This document shows, one piece after another, positions 1-13,405 of a stretch of DNA of 64,000 nt; the stretch's first letter is position 1; every line of letters starts with the position of its first letter. The position numbers were made by a program, and so were the translations under genes. This stretch comes from Octopus sinensis (lineage: Eukaryota), in NCBI RefSeq assembly GCF_006345805.1, contig NC_042998.1, forward strand, positions 111,662,001 through 111,726,000, read 5' to 3'. The notes beneath the pieces were generated by a model. That model saw only the letters and a list, made by a program, of their open reading frames with translations. It made no database searches and was not told the DNA's origin.

Positions 1-275
1 GTTCTTGAATTTAGACACGTGGTGGTGTCTAAACTGCTTTTGCAGATGAGACATCTTTCCATATCATAAAGACCGCACTTTCCACTGCCGTTGGTGTCGG
101 GCTTACACTTGGCTAAGATCTTCCAATGGATGTTGTAACTGACGTCTTTATCGTTTAAAGACACACACACACACACACACATCCATACATCCATATATAT
201 TTCTCTTTTCCTTATCCTGATCAACTCAAAAAGTATAAAACTTACAACAACAAAAGTATACATACTATTTTTTAA

Positions 276-480
276 GGCGACGAGTTGGCAGAATCGTTAG
301 CACACACAATAAAAATGCTTGGTAGTATTTCGTACGTCTTTACATTCCGAGTTTAAATTCCGACGCCTTTTATCCTTTCGGGTGTCTATAAAATATCTTG
401 CAGTTATGCACTGAGGTCGATGTAATCGATTTACCCCCATCCCCGAAATTGCTGGCCTAGTTCCAAAATTTGAAACCATT
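276..480 (+). mobile_element. tRNA-headed SINE family A, degenerate copy
   Basis: GGCGACGAGTTGGCAGAATCGTTAGC head, GAGTTTAAATTCC B-box-like motif, and 3' end AAAATTTGAAACC shared with other copies in the window. Confidence 0.75.
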
Positions 481-489
481 TTTTTTGTT

Positions 490-1000
490 TTTGTTTTGTT
501 TTTTTTTCAGCATCTTACACTGAATTTTTATGGGGGGTTTTTATGTGTTTCGATATATACCTCTTCTTTGTTTGAATTCAGTAATAAATTTTTCCTAACT
601 CAGTTGTACAACCTCCACAATTTCTTCCAATTATTTCTTCCAGTTATCTCCCCTTACCGATTCTGCTGCCGGAGGTATTTCAATTCACAAGTCTTTCAAT
701 GATCAATAAGTTCTCTTGTCGTTAAGATAATATCCCTTTCAAAATTAGTCTTGTAACAGTGGCGGATGCATTATTCATTGAAAAGTTTTTATTAATCAAT
801 TTTCGTATCATATTGATTTCGTATTAAACAGGTAATTCCTTTTGTGATACTTTGCCATTTGTTTCAAATATTTGTTTATTTCTTTATAGTACGAACCTTT
901 CAAATGAGCAAAGAAGTATGTCTGCTCTCTAAATGAATTTTTAGAGCAATAGGGTTGAGGGGAAAATACTAAACAGAAACATGTTTGGAGCAGTTTCTGA
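490..1000 (-). mobile_element. Possible decayed Penelope-like ORF remnant
   Basis: Broken minus-strand reading frames (e.g. ELKYLRQQN, NFSMNN) that recall a Penelope-like pre-RT region from memory only; not aligned. Confidence 0.25.
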
Positions 1001-1379
1001 TATATCTCAAATGTTCCATACTCAAATGTAAATATATAAGTATCACCCTCTTTTCTACTATCTCATACAACAATGAAATAACACGTCATCTTTCCATACA
1101 TTACAGTTTGTATCTTACAGCTATACTTCTAAATTTAGATCTCTCGTGCTTATAGCGTGGTAAGTGTAATATTTTACTTTTCTGATCAATCTTGACATTT
1201 CTGCAATAAAAGATGACCGAATAAATATACAATAAAATTCGATCAATGACAGTGTAGAAAATACACGGCTTTATCTAATATATAATTTCTTTCGGCTGTC
1301 TCCAAACACCAAGTCGTTTGTATACTTTGTTGTTGTTGCTGTTGTTATTGTTGTTGTACTGCTACTGTTGTTGCTGTTC

Positions 1380-1580
1380 TTGCTTAGCCCCGGGTCAGCT
1401 CTGATTGAGCAGATCTATGGTTCAGTGATGTTCCATTGATAAACATCCACTCTTTTTGCAAAATCTAGGACTACATTTTCCAATAGACACTCTTGTTTTT
1501 AAGAGACTAAGACATAATTTGCGGAAAATTTGGTTACGATTTCTAGCATATCGAGCGGTCGTGGCGAGTTTCGTCGGCTC
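1380..1580 (+). repeat. Interspersed repeat family D (CCCCGGGTCAGCTCTGATTGAGCAG...GGACTACATT...ATTTCTAGC)
   Basis: Related diverged copies at about 2230-2400, 6170-6290, 35130-35350 (-), 37410-37570 (-), 46520-46680 and 63080-63620. Confidence 0.6.
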
Positions 1581-2703
1581 GTCTTTACGACATTGACCAA
1601 ACGGTTAAAATTATCATCTGCTGATACCCAGTCACTGGAACTGTTGTTACTGTGTTACCCTAGATCACCCCTGATCAAACACCACAATTTACGTTACCCG
1701 GTTTAACACCACCACCGAGCATCTCGGGTGCTTTTAGTGGAACACATTTTGTTGCAAACATTTGGGCCAGGCCTTCAGTTTCAGAACACACTCCTCCCTC
1801 CCTTCCTTCTCCTCATCAGTTTTGAAGGTCTCGTAAGAAATCATGGTTACTGCCTTCTCTCTTGACAATAAAATAAATATGTTGTCGGCCAAACGACAAG
1901 GCCTCGACCGCTGGTCATTCTTCCCAGTTTCCGCCAAACCACACTGAACAGCGCGACATGCAGTAATGAACTGAATTGGAAATAGTGTAACAGACTGAGC
2001 ACATTTCTCTGTCTGGGAAGCTTCTACACGATCGCTCGAGATGGCAGGAACTGCAGCTGTTGTCTTCGAAACGGTTAAATAGTCAAGATGAAGATAGTGA
2101 CATTTCTAACGGCAACTATGATTGATATGTTGTTGCTGCTGCTGCTGTTGTTGTTTGTGCTGATGTCGTTCTTGCTATCATTGCTGCTACTGCTTTTCCT
2201 GTTGTTGCTGCTGTTTCTCCTGTTGTCACGTCTGAGATCAAACAGTTAGTGGACCCTCATGACCATTGTATCTTTTCTCTTTCAGAAACAGTGTGTCTGG
2301 GACTGAAATTTTCCGTCATTCCCTTTTTAAGGCAGTAAGGGTTATAATTTGAGTGACTCTATATTGTTCTATCTAGCCAGTGAGTGGCCACATAGATGTT
2401 GTCTCCACAAACGTAATAAGTTTGTGGTGCTCGTCTCTTGATGACGAGCGGGCAACGTCACACACAACTGTTCTTAGAATCATATATCCAATTCAACAAT
2501 ATAGAGTGACAGATCAACGAATTAGCTTTGGTCAACCATTTACCAAATGCACCTGATAGCTCTCCACTACGTTAGCTATCATTTAATTTAATTTGATAAG
2601 TCTTAGAAAACTGTGTGGGCATGGTGGAATCAATAGATCGCTGGAAAAATGTTTTGTAATATTATGTTATGACTCGGGGTCGGTAAAATAAAGTACCTCT
2701 CAT

Positions 2704-2732
2704 CTGTGTGTGTGTGTGTGCGTGTGTGTGTG

Positions 2733-2780
<48 letters not shown>
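2704..2780. repeat. (TG)n microsatellite
   Basis: Direct inspection. Confidence 0.98.
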
Positions 2781-2863
2781 ATTTTTCTTTAAGTAATTGA
2801 GAGTTCAAGCCGGTCGCTAACAAAGCGACCAGACCTTTAGAGTTAAGAGAGATCCCGGTGTTT

Positions 2864-3002
2864 GTATGTATGTATGTATGTATGTATGTATGTATGTATG
2901 TATGTATGTATGTATGTACGTACGTACGTATGTATGTATGTTTGTATGTATGTACGTATGTATGTATGTATGTATGTATGTATGTATGTATGTATGTATG
3001 TG
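2864..3002. repeat. (TATG)n microsatellite at the 3' side of the R4-like element
   Basis: Direct inspection. Confidence 0.98.
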
Positions 3003-5900
3003 CAGATTTGTATGTTTTATGTATGTATTCTCATGCATAGAGTTACATATCCAGACATGCTCATATATATTTAAATCATAAACTTCTGGAAAGTTTTACA
3101 GATTTTTGCAGGTCCAGTGATGGATTGGATCTGTAGTCTTGTAATTATCTTTCTCTTTTCTGGTTTTGAGAAGCCTAATTTCTTAGGACTCGTATTTAGG
3201 TAGTATGTTTCTTATCCCAGGGCCCCAATAATTATAGGTATAAACCTGAACTTGTGATCTGAGTAGAGTAATTGCAGATTTCTCAATAGTTCAGCATAAG
3301 TGTTCTCTTTTTCACTTATCTTCAGCTTTGATAACATCTACTGTGCAGCTAATTTCCACAACTGTGCTCAGTTTCTCTTCTCTATCCTAAATCATTATAT
3401 CAGGTCTGTTGAGCTTACATTTTATTGAGGTCTTCACTGGTACATTCCAACAGTATTCATTTTCCTTATGAGTGGCAATGACTTCTACCATATTATGGGT
3501 TTTTATTTCTTTGTCCTCGGGATTATCCTTCCGACGGATTTCATTTATAGAGTGTCCTAGCTACAACGTCATGTCTCATCGTAGATAATACCGTGATGAC
3601 ATTTTCGGTCAACTGTTTATGATGTGGGTCATATCTTTAGTGTGAACTCCACAAAGTCTGCATCTGTTATCACATTTTACTGTTTTTCTTGCATCTCTAT
3701 CCCTTTTGTGCATCAGGTACTTGGTTAATATTTCCTGTTCCTGGATTGCAAACGCATACCCTTCAAAGTAGGACGTAGTAATCCGGCTATTGGTCCATGA
3801 TAAACTGCTTTGATGATTGATGTTACTATCATCACAGAGATTTCTGCTAACAAACCCATGCATAGTCTTCTGCTCATATAGGCTCATCCTTTAATCTGAT
3901 GATACGTTGCGGCAGAATCGTGCAACTTCTTTTGGTATGTATTCTAGGTTATCAGACACAAGAGTGTTGCTCAAGGAGCTGCCTTCCAAGTCTTATGATG
4001 TTATCAGCCTCACGCATGCAAACTTGGTCAAGGGATACACTTCGACACTCGGTGGTTAAAAGATGTTGCCAAAGGGATATGATGCGACATTCAAAGGAAT
4101 TTTGGATCGATTTTAAGCCTCTGGCGTCTTGTTTACGTTTTAGGTAGAGGCGCCCTACGTCGCTGTTTATGTGGAAATTATGTGTGCTTGTTAGTATTTT
4201 TCGAGTTTTCACATCAATGGCTCGGATCTCATCAAGCAGCTCAAATGTTGCTATGAGTACTGGCACTGCAAACACATTGTGGGCCACTGTTTTATTGAAT
4301 GCAGAGAGTTCTGAGGTTCAAATTTTCTTTATTCGGCTGTAATATTCTTTAGTGATACGTGTTTTGTTACAGGTCCCATTGTAAGATATATTTTCATCCA
4401 CCCCTAAATACCTGTGACATTCTTCGTCAGATACAGGAGAAACAGTCAAATTATTGATGGAGATGTTACTAGAATAGTTTATAGTCTTCCCCCTTTTCAC
4501 AACCATATGTTGTTATATGGTTCTGAAAAGGGGGAAGATTATAAACTAGTCTAGTAACATTTCCATCAATGATTTGACTGTTTCCCCTGTATCTGACGAG
4601 GAATGTTTACATATAACAACATTTGTGGAGGCGCAATGGCCCAGTGGTTAGAGCAGCGGACTCGCGGTCGTAGGATCGCGGTTTCGATTCCCAGACCGGG
4701 CGTTGTAAGTGTTTATTGAGCGAAAACACCTAAAGCTCCAAGACGCTCCGGCAGTGGAGGAGTGATCCCTGCTGTACTCTTTCGCCACTACGTTCTCTCA
4801 CTCTTTCTTCTGTTGGCCTGCTCGCTTAGCCAGCGAGGTGGTGTCATTTGAAGGCTAAAACAATGCGAAGCGCATTGTGACCAGCGATGTGTAGCAACAT
4901 CTGATAGCCTGGTCGGTCACGGTGATAACAACATTTATCCTGATAAATCTCCAACCCTACATCCTTTGAGAATGTTGAAACTAGGTCAAGGCTCTTTTTC
5001 ATTCCATGCATATTCTTTGCATAAAGTTTTAAGTCGTCCACATAGAAACAGTGTGTAATTTTGGTATTTCTGTTTCCTTGTGAACCTGTGAGATATCTTT
5101 CAGACTTCCTTTACATGAATGACAAGGGGTTTATAGAAAGTATAAACAACATCACAGAGAAGCTATCTCCTTTATGATATACCTTTACGATATTGTATTC
5201 TGTCGGTGATAATAGAGTCACTCTTTGTGTTTAATTTCAAGACGGTGGCCCACGATGAAGTCAAGTCAGCTATGGCTTTGACTATTATCACTAGAACTTT
5301 AGCAAATTGAAGGGCTTCTAGTATCCATGAATGGGGAACAGAGTCAAAAGCTTTCTTGTAATCTTGCCACATTGAAACTAGGTTCCTCCTATGCTCCTGC
5401 ACCTCTAACATCACAGTTTTGTTTATTAGCAATTGCTCAGCACATCCCCAAACTCCCCTCTTCCCAGCTGCTTGTTCTGCTGCGATAATGTTATTGGTTT
5501 CACAATGGTCTTGGAGGAAGAAGTTTAAATATGCTGTATATATCTTATGCATTAAGTTCTGGCATGCAATTAACCAGTAGATTTTTGCCATGTGGGTGGT
5601 TCTGCATTTGGGGATCAATTTTGTCTCTGCCAGAGCCAGCCTAATGAAAGCTTGGTGGTACAGATTGATAAGGTATGGTCGGTAGAATGTTAGCTTCTTG
5701 TATCAACATTCAACAATCAAGTCTCTCCCAGGTGTTTTTCCATCCTGGATTTTCTGGATCACAGTTGCAATTGTTTCACCATCAATGTTGTATGTGTTGG
5801 ATGTAACGCAAGAGCAATAACTTTTTTCGGATTTCTTCCAACCACAGAGCATCTTGATTAAATTCCTTCTCTTCGCTCCTGATTTTCCTCCAGGAGTCTA
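2990..5900 (-). mobile_element. R4/Dong-like non-LTR retrotransposon (RT + CCHC + RLE), disrupted, 5' truncated
   Basis: Minus-strand fragments in order: EQAAGKRGVWGCAEQLLINK / WQDYKKAFDSVPHSWI / MDDLKLYAK / YLGVDENI / RLYLKRKQDARGL / CRLCGVHTKDMTHII / YCWNVPVKTSIKCKLNRPDI. Confidence 0.85.
4625..4924 (+). mobile_element. tRNA-headed SINE family B (OR-like), nested in the R4-like element
   Basis: A-box TGGCCCAGTGG and B-box GGTTTCGATTCC; 12-bp TSD ATAACAACATTT at 4613-4624 and 4925-4936. Confidence 0.9.
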
Positions 5901-6557
5901 TTTATTGCTCCTCCTCTCATTCTCATGTCTATGTATGTATGTACGTACGTACGTATGTACGAATTATGTAATGAGACGTGATGGTGGAGAGAAGCAGAGA
6001 GAATGGTATATTGCTGTTGCTGTTGTTGTTGTGTAACGGCAGATCAGCAAATTTTTGGAATCTTACAAATCCTGATTGTAATACTAGTAGATCAGATTCG
6101 GAGAATCCGCATCAATCTCTGCTAAGATCCCAGCTGAAAAGCGCACTAATCGGGACAGTCGAATGATTTTTTAGATACTAGGTATCTAGGATCACTCGAT
6201 CAAATATATATCTTTTCTTTTCTAAGATGGTAGTCGGTGATTTGAGGAAGATTTGGCTGCTATTCCTAGTATTTTAGGAGGCTCAGTTATAGTAGGCGTC
6301 GATAACGATAACTAAGCAGAGAGGAGGATTATATATGATTGAGAGTAAGGATGACTAGGTAGGAAGGTTACAGTATAGAAGTAAGAAAATATATCAAGTG
6401 AACAAGAAGGAAGACAGTAGCATGATTAACTCAAGAGGAGATAAATTTAGATGGAGTTGAAACCGGTGGTGATATTCAGTTGTTCGATCAACTGAATTAC
6501 CTGCAGATGAATTAATGTATAGACAAACAGCCAGACCGACAAACAGATAGAAGAGAT

Positions 6558-7057
<500 letters not shown>

Positions 7058-8717
7058 AAGATGTGTAAACAAAAGAGAGATATCAGTTGGAGAAGAAAAA
7101 AGAAAAAAGAAAAAAGACAAATAAATGTTGTTCGTTTAGATGATGCTAATCGATAAATCCCAGATGGAAGATTAAAGTATCACCCTGAATGTTTGCGGTT
7201 GTCACATAAAACATGATGTAAGACAATGCTGTAGAAGGGGAGGTGGTTTGAGGGGGTGTGCAGGCAATTTATTGGCACTGTTTTTCCTTTTGTCTGTGTC
7301 TGCTTGTTTATATATGTCTACATACGTGTGAGTGTATGTGGATTCGTGTAAGTAGGCTTTTAAATATATATGAGAATATATTTGTTTATGTGTTGTCGTG
7401 TGTGTCGGCGTATTATTTACTCGTGACTATATGTATGTGCCTGAGGATATAAATACGTTTGTGTATGAGTGTGCGATAACTGACGAGCAAACAGCACGTT
7501 CATGTCTTATGCGTGAATTTTCCGCCGGTTTCTTTATCGAGCTTCAGCTTAATTTTTCATGCATACATACGTATATACATACGTTCCATCCATGGATTAT
7601 TTTTATTGTAATTTCTATATTTATCTTACGCTATATCGGCACAACCCGATACGATCCCATGAAACTGCTGTTGCAGGTTGGGAGCATTAGGCTGTCATAT
7701 GCGTACTCAAAAACGTTTCCTGTAAACTAACTTAAACGATATATATATATATATATATACTAGCGTCTTCTTGCTGTCGGCACTAATGTTATTATTGAAG
7801 GCGCGAAATTTTGTTTGACCCTCTCGCCGATGACTGATGAGGATTTGGCGACCTTTTGTTTCTGTTTTCCGATTGTTTGTACATTTATTACGTTTTTTTT
7901 TAACTTTATATATATAAATGGGGAAAAAAACGCAATAGAGGGCATTAAGAGGTTCGGACAGATAGGCTACACAAAGGCGGACAAGAGAAACAATAATTAG
8001 AAGGACAGGCAAAAAAAGACGAGTCATTCTTGGTTTTCTTTCATCAGTCGAGTGTGTGTGTGTTTATCATATATATATATATATATATATGCTTTGTTTG
8101 TGTATTAGTTCATGTGTTTGTGTGAATATCTATACTAATGAGTGTAGTGTACAAGTATAAACGTATCTGTGTATGTGCGGTTAAATAGTTAAGTGTGTTT
8201 TTTGTTATTAATTTGTGGTTATTTCTGTATGTGTGTGGTGTGAGTGTGCATACATGCTTAGACAATTTTGTGTGTGAGTCTTACAGTTATTTAGCAGATT
8301 AATCATGGTGCTTACTAACATTCTCTTCTATGTATATTACCTTGTTGTTGTGGCAAAATATATAAGAAACGAAGCTAAGAAAAGTGAGACTAATATGTAA
8401 CCAATGTGTAATTAATAAGAAGCCAACGTGTAATCAATCTGTTTTTCAAATGTAACCAATACGGTCCAGAAATCTCCAATATCGAATAATTTTTAAGTAA
8501 ATTCAAATTTAGTTTTAATGAATTACTAGGAAGCATGAATATTAAAATTTTCGTTCTTTTAATTTTAGTCTGTTAAAGAATTTAAACATGTTTATACATC
8601 ATATTATTCCTTATTACGACGGTGTTTTTTAAATGTCTTCTTGGATTGCTTCCAGCAGGTGATGGTCTACATCGATAAAAATCAGTCGATATAAAATTCA
8701 GAAAAATGGTAAATGTA

Positions 8718-10004
8718 TCAAGCAGAGTAAAAAGTAAGCAACGTTTTGAAACATGAAATTCATCACAATATATTTCAACAATGCCGAAATTTTATTAATC
8801 AAAGTAAGTACCATTACAATCGACACATTTTTGCCAGCGAGTTACAAGTTTTCTTATTCCGGTAACATAAAAATCTTCTATTTCTGGAGCTGATGAACTC
8901 TTTCAACACACTTTCAGCATCGGCTTTATTTTTGAACTCATTCGCTCGCAGGAAACCATCAAGGTGCTTGAAAAAAGTGGTAGTCGGTAAGAGGAAGGTC
9001 TGGGGAATAAGCTGGGTGGGGAAGAACTTCGTAGCCAAGTTCCCTCAACTTCTGGAGTGTCATTAGTGGAACATGTGGTCGAGCATTGTCATGAATGATT
9101 GGCCCTCTTCTGTTGGCCAGTCTTGGACGGAGTAGCAGTTTTTCGTTCATTTTTGGCAAATTTCATGACAATATGTTTCTGCAGTAATGGTTTTTCAGGG
9201 TTTTAAGAAGTTATAGTGGATGAGTCCAGAAGTATACCACCAAGCAGTCTCCATAACCTTCTTTTTGAAGAGCACGGGTTTAGGGAAGGTTTTCGGTGCT
9301 TCATTTTGGTCCAACCACGGCAAAAAACGGTTTTTTTTTGTTTTTTTTTTTGTTTGTTTTTTTTGTTTTTTGTACAGAATCTACTTTTCATCGCAAGTTA
9401 CAATACGGTTGAGAAATGGATCGGTTTGGTTACGGAGAAGAAGCGACGAACAAATCTGCGCATTTTCTGATTTTCGTTCAAATCGTATGGTACCCATTTG
9501 TCGACCATTTTTGATTTTCCGATCGCATGCAAATGATTGCAGGCAGTTTTGGGGGCTAACTTGAAGTTCTTTTGCCAGTTCTCGGGTGGTTTTACTTGGA
9601 TCTTTCTTAATTTCGGTCTTTAATTGACCGTCCACTACGCTCACGATCTTAAAAGCTCAGGTCTCCACTGCGAAATCGTTTAAAACATCTTCGAGCTAAC
9701 CACTCACTGGTCATTTCCTCGCCAGACGTTTCGTTGATATCGCGAGCAGTTTCAACTACTTTATGTCCTTTTTTGAAGTTGAATAACAAAATTGCTGGAA
9801 TATCACGCTTTGATAGTTCTACTTCAGATGATTCTAACAACGGTGAAAAATATATCAATGTTAATTTATTAATGCATTTGCGCAAGTCTATGTCTGTATT
9901 ATCAGACAACTGCAAAGAAATGTTTTTAAAAATTCAAAACTCTGCAAAAATCCGGTACAAATTCTTCATGATTCAAAACATTGCTTACTTTTTACTCAAC
10001 CTGA
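8718..10004 (-). mobile_element. Mariner DNA transposon, full length (about 1.29 kb), inactivated
   Basis: TIRs TCAAGCAGAGTAAAAAGTAAGCAACGTTTTGAA and TTCAAAACATTGCTTACTTTTTACTCAACCTGA; left TA. Transposase fragments: FNFKKGHKVVETARDIN, LNRIVTCDEK, IIHDNARPHV, HPAYSPDLPLTDYHFF. Confidence 0.92.
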
Positions 10005-10064
10005 GCATTGCTCTGGGAAGTATAAAATCTAATAACATAAAAGAAGTATGTAGACCGAAGAATT

Positions 10065-10422
10065 AGAACACGGAGAGGACGAACAAGGACAGACAAACGG
10101 ATTAAGTCGATTATGTCGACCCCAGTACGTAACTGGTACTTATTTAATCGGCGGAATTTGAACTTAGAACGTAGCGGCAGAGGAAATACCTATTTCTTTA
10201 CTACCAACAAGGGGCTAAACACAGAGGAGACAAACAAGGACAGACACACAGATTAAGTCGATTATATCGACCCCAGTGCGTAACTGGTACTTAATTTATC
10301 GACCCCGAAAGGATGAAAGACAAAGTCGACCTCGGCGGAATTTGAACTCAGAACGTAACGGCAGACGAAATACTGCTACGCATTTCACCCGGCGCGCTAA
10401 CATTTCTGCCAGCTCGCCGCCT
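10065..10422 (-). mobile_element. SINE family A, two tandem copies (one internally deleted)
   Basis: Reverse complement of the GGCGGCGAGCTGGCAGAA head ends at 10422; the body (GGATTAAGTCGATTAT..CGACCCCAGT) is repeated at about 10065-10190. Confidence 0.85.
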
Positions 10423-12739
10423 TTGTGTGTTTTTATTCTAACAATCAACTGGTTTTATGCTTGTTACTCACAAGATCACTACAAACTAAACAGTAACAAA
10501 GTACATTTCTTGTGCTTTTTTTTCTTTTTCATTTCTTTTTGTTTTGCTTTGGCGGAATTTTTTTCGGTTTTTTTTTTTATATATTACGGCAAAGACCCCT
10601 AACATTAAAAATTCTTTCATTAAAATAGTTTAAAATGATAGCGAAAATAAAAACGGCAAATATTTTCAAGCATAAGTACCAGCCACGAAAGTTAACTGAT
10701 TTGGTGAAAAAAAAAATTAACAATTGATTTGTGCAAACCGACTCCATCCTAGTCTTACATTTTCTATGATAATGGAATATAAATATAAATAGAATATAAA
10801 TTAAATAATTGTGCAGAGTAGGCATTGTTCAATACCATCACTATCAGGCTAAGGAAAGATACCAGCTAATAAAACTCAGAGGCTTAAGGCCAATGTATTG
10901 CGATTAAAGAAGAGTAGAACAGTCCCAGTGACATCGGCTCCCAGTAAACTCGTTAATTCTGATGCAAACGTTTGGTTTTGTCAGGGATACAGCTGGCAGC
11001 AGGACATGGTTCGTGCACCACTGTAATTACCTTTTTAATATTTTATGCTTCTTCTGCTTTGCCCAACAGTCGAATAAATGCCAGTGTTATTAATGGTTAA
11101 ATTGTACATATGAATATCTAACATATCAAATTATACTGAATACTTAAGGCATGGGAACATGATTTTGCAGCAACAAGGAATAATGAAATTCAACATGCAG
11201 CTTCACCTTTGCCCGTCCCCAAAGCACGGGGATGAAGAAGTCGGCAGCCATGAACACGACCATATTCAACTTAACCTCACAATATCTCATTTCAACCTTT
11301 ACAAAACCATTCAGTGGTCACACCCACTTCCTGGCTTTCATTGGTTCAAACACTGAACTAAAACATTCTTATTGTATAGTAAATTGTCAATTATTGTAGA
11401 CTTTATAGTAAATATGGTTTTATTTATCCGTTTGTTTTGTGTTTGAACTTTGATTAGGTTTTATTGGGTTCTTTATATTTTTTATATGAGAACTGAATAA
11501 AGTATACACACATAATAAATGCCAGTTCTGAGTTCAAATGACACCTTGGTACCAGTCAGGAACTGGCGTCGATATAATCGACTAAGTCACTCCCCAAAGT
11601 TTCAGGCCTTGTGCCTATAGTAGAAAGGATTATCGTAACTGTAAATTATTTTATGGTATTTACAAATCTGCTTTACACGAGTGCATCTTTAATTAACACC
11701 ATGACTCTTGCATAGCCTTTACACACACACACCGTCTTATCACTCTTGAAGTTAACTAATAGTTTCAATTAAGGATGCCGTTACGCTTCAAAAATTACTT
11801 CAAACGCCGAAAGAGAAAGGAATGAGTGAATGAGATTACAAACAATTTATGACACCAACGATTTCGTATCCGTATTCTTGCTTCACTCCAGTCTTCGTGT
11901 TCGAATCTTCCAACTTTCTAATTTCTACTCTAGCATATGTGATTTCGCTCCCACTTTTTAAAATCCTTTGTTTTACTTTCTCTCCCTCTCTCACTCTCAT
12001 TCATGTTTTCTCTCTCTATCATTTCATTAATCCTGTTTTTCCGCTTCTCTTTTTCTCCCTCTCTCCCCACCTCCTCTCTCTCTTTCTCTCCCTCTCCTTC
12101 CACTATTATCAACACCAAACTGATCACAGGTCTTGAGACCACGTAATGGTTCCCTTTTTTATCTACAACAGATTCAGTTTAATTTCAGTGAATCTCCTTT
12201 TTCCCTGACTATATAATCCTCACTAAAATCAGATGAGAAAAGTCAAAATCGGTGGAATATAGAAAGAAATAGAGTGGAGGGAGCGAAAGAGAGAAACAAC
12301 TGGATGATATTAATGAAATACTTATGCTGTAAAGGCATTGCTCTGTCTAATTGATCATTAGTAAATACTACGAGATTATAGGAAACGTAATTAATTAGGG
12401 GATTATTTAGTGTACGCCAGATCTCAAGAAGCTTAAAATTTGATCAAAGTTTTGGATAGTGATACAAGATGGAAAAGCTACTTTACGATTCGTTTACACA
12501 ATACAAGGAAAGACACTCATTATGTGATACAGAAATGAACAAAAATAAATGAACAGATGTTATTATAGCATTCGTCGAGACTAATTATACTTTTCATGAT
12601 AAAAATATAGAGTCTGTGTATTTTCTATACTGAAAAAGTTAATCCACCTATATAACCTGAAACAGACATCATTAGATTAACAATGCCTGAAGAATTGGCC
12701 AGAATATGGTATTATGAATCGTGTAAGTAACATCTAGAG

Positions 12740-12890
12740 CAGTCATTGGTAAACTGCAACCCGCAGGATTTTGTTAATGGCACACCAACGAGAAATTGCC
12801 TTGAATTTTTTTAGTTATGTGACAGGCCTGAATTTTTTTAGTAGGATGGTTTCATACGACCTGCTTCGCGAAAAATGTTGTCCATGCTTA
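12740..12890. mobile_element. hAT/Charlie-like MITE
   Basis: 8-bp TSD ATCTAGAG at 12732-12739 and 12891-12898 (NTCTAGAN target); starts CAGTCATTGGTAAACT; right TIR degenerate. Confidence 0.7.
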
Positions 12891-13229
12891 ATCTAGAGAC
12901 TGTTGTTTTCTAATGTAGAATTTTCGGACATCTCTCTCCTTGATAACACAATAGCATCAGATATTCATCATGTGACAATCTTTAGATAAGAAACTTTATA
13001 AGTTAGTCATAGAATCAGTAATACAAAAATAAAGGTTAAGGATAACGCCAGAACAAAGGTACTAAAAGACTTTGGACAACTTGATTCCCAGATGTCATCA
13101 TCTAAAACCGAACTGGGATAGTATTTGATAATTGGGGAAATTAGAGAGATTTTTTAAAAAATCAACTCTAAATCCTGCGTCTTTTAAACCCAGTGACACT
13201 GTACGGAGCGGAATGTTGCATGCTACTTT

Positions 13230-13405
13230 CTACTCTAGCACAAGGCCTGAAAATTTTAGAGGAGAATCTAATCGATTACATCGACCCCACTGCTCAATCC
13301 CGAAAGGATGAAAGGTAAAGTTGACCTCGACAGGATTTTAACTCAGAACGTAAAGAAGGACGAAATGCCACTAAATATTTTGTCCAGCGCGGCGTGGTAA
13401 CGATT
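13230..13405 (-). mobile_element. SINE family A copy
   Basis: CGAAAGGATGAAAGGTAAAGTTGACC...AACTCAGAACGTAAAG...GCCAGCTTGCCGC. Confidence 0.8.

Noticed and set aside
1120-1165. Short AG...GTAAGT bounded segment as a plus-strand exon (similar candidates near 19997 and 20285)
   Set aside because: Isolated splice-like motifs with no recognisable protein and no consistent exon chain
1772-1828. Minus-strand CTGATGAG...GAAAC hammerhead-like core
   Set aside because: Weak stem II, and no NUH site compatible with both stem I and stem III
2817-3081. ORFs of MYVC/HTYI repeats (also 6631-7120, 44788-45175, 46112-46473)
   Set aside because: Translations of microsatellites, not genes
4627-4700. tRNA-like sequences at SINE heads (also 52634-52705, 59070-59144)
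   Set aside because: No complete acceptor stem; they continue into SINE bodies with TSDs, so they are not tRNA genes
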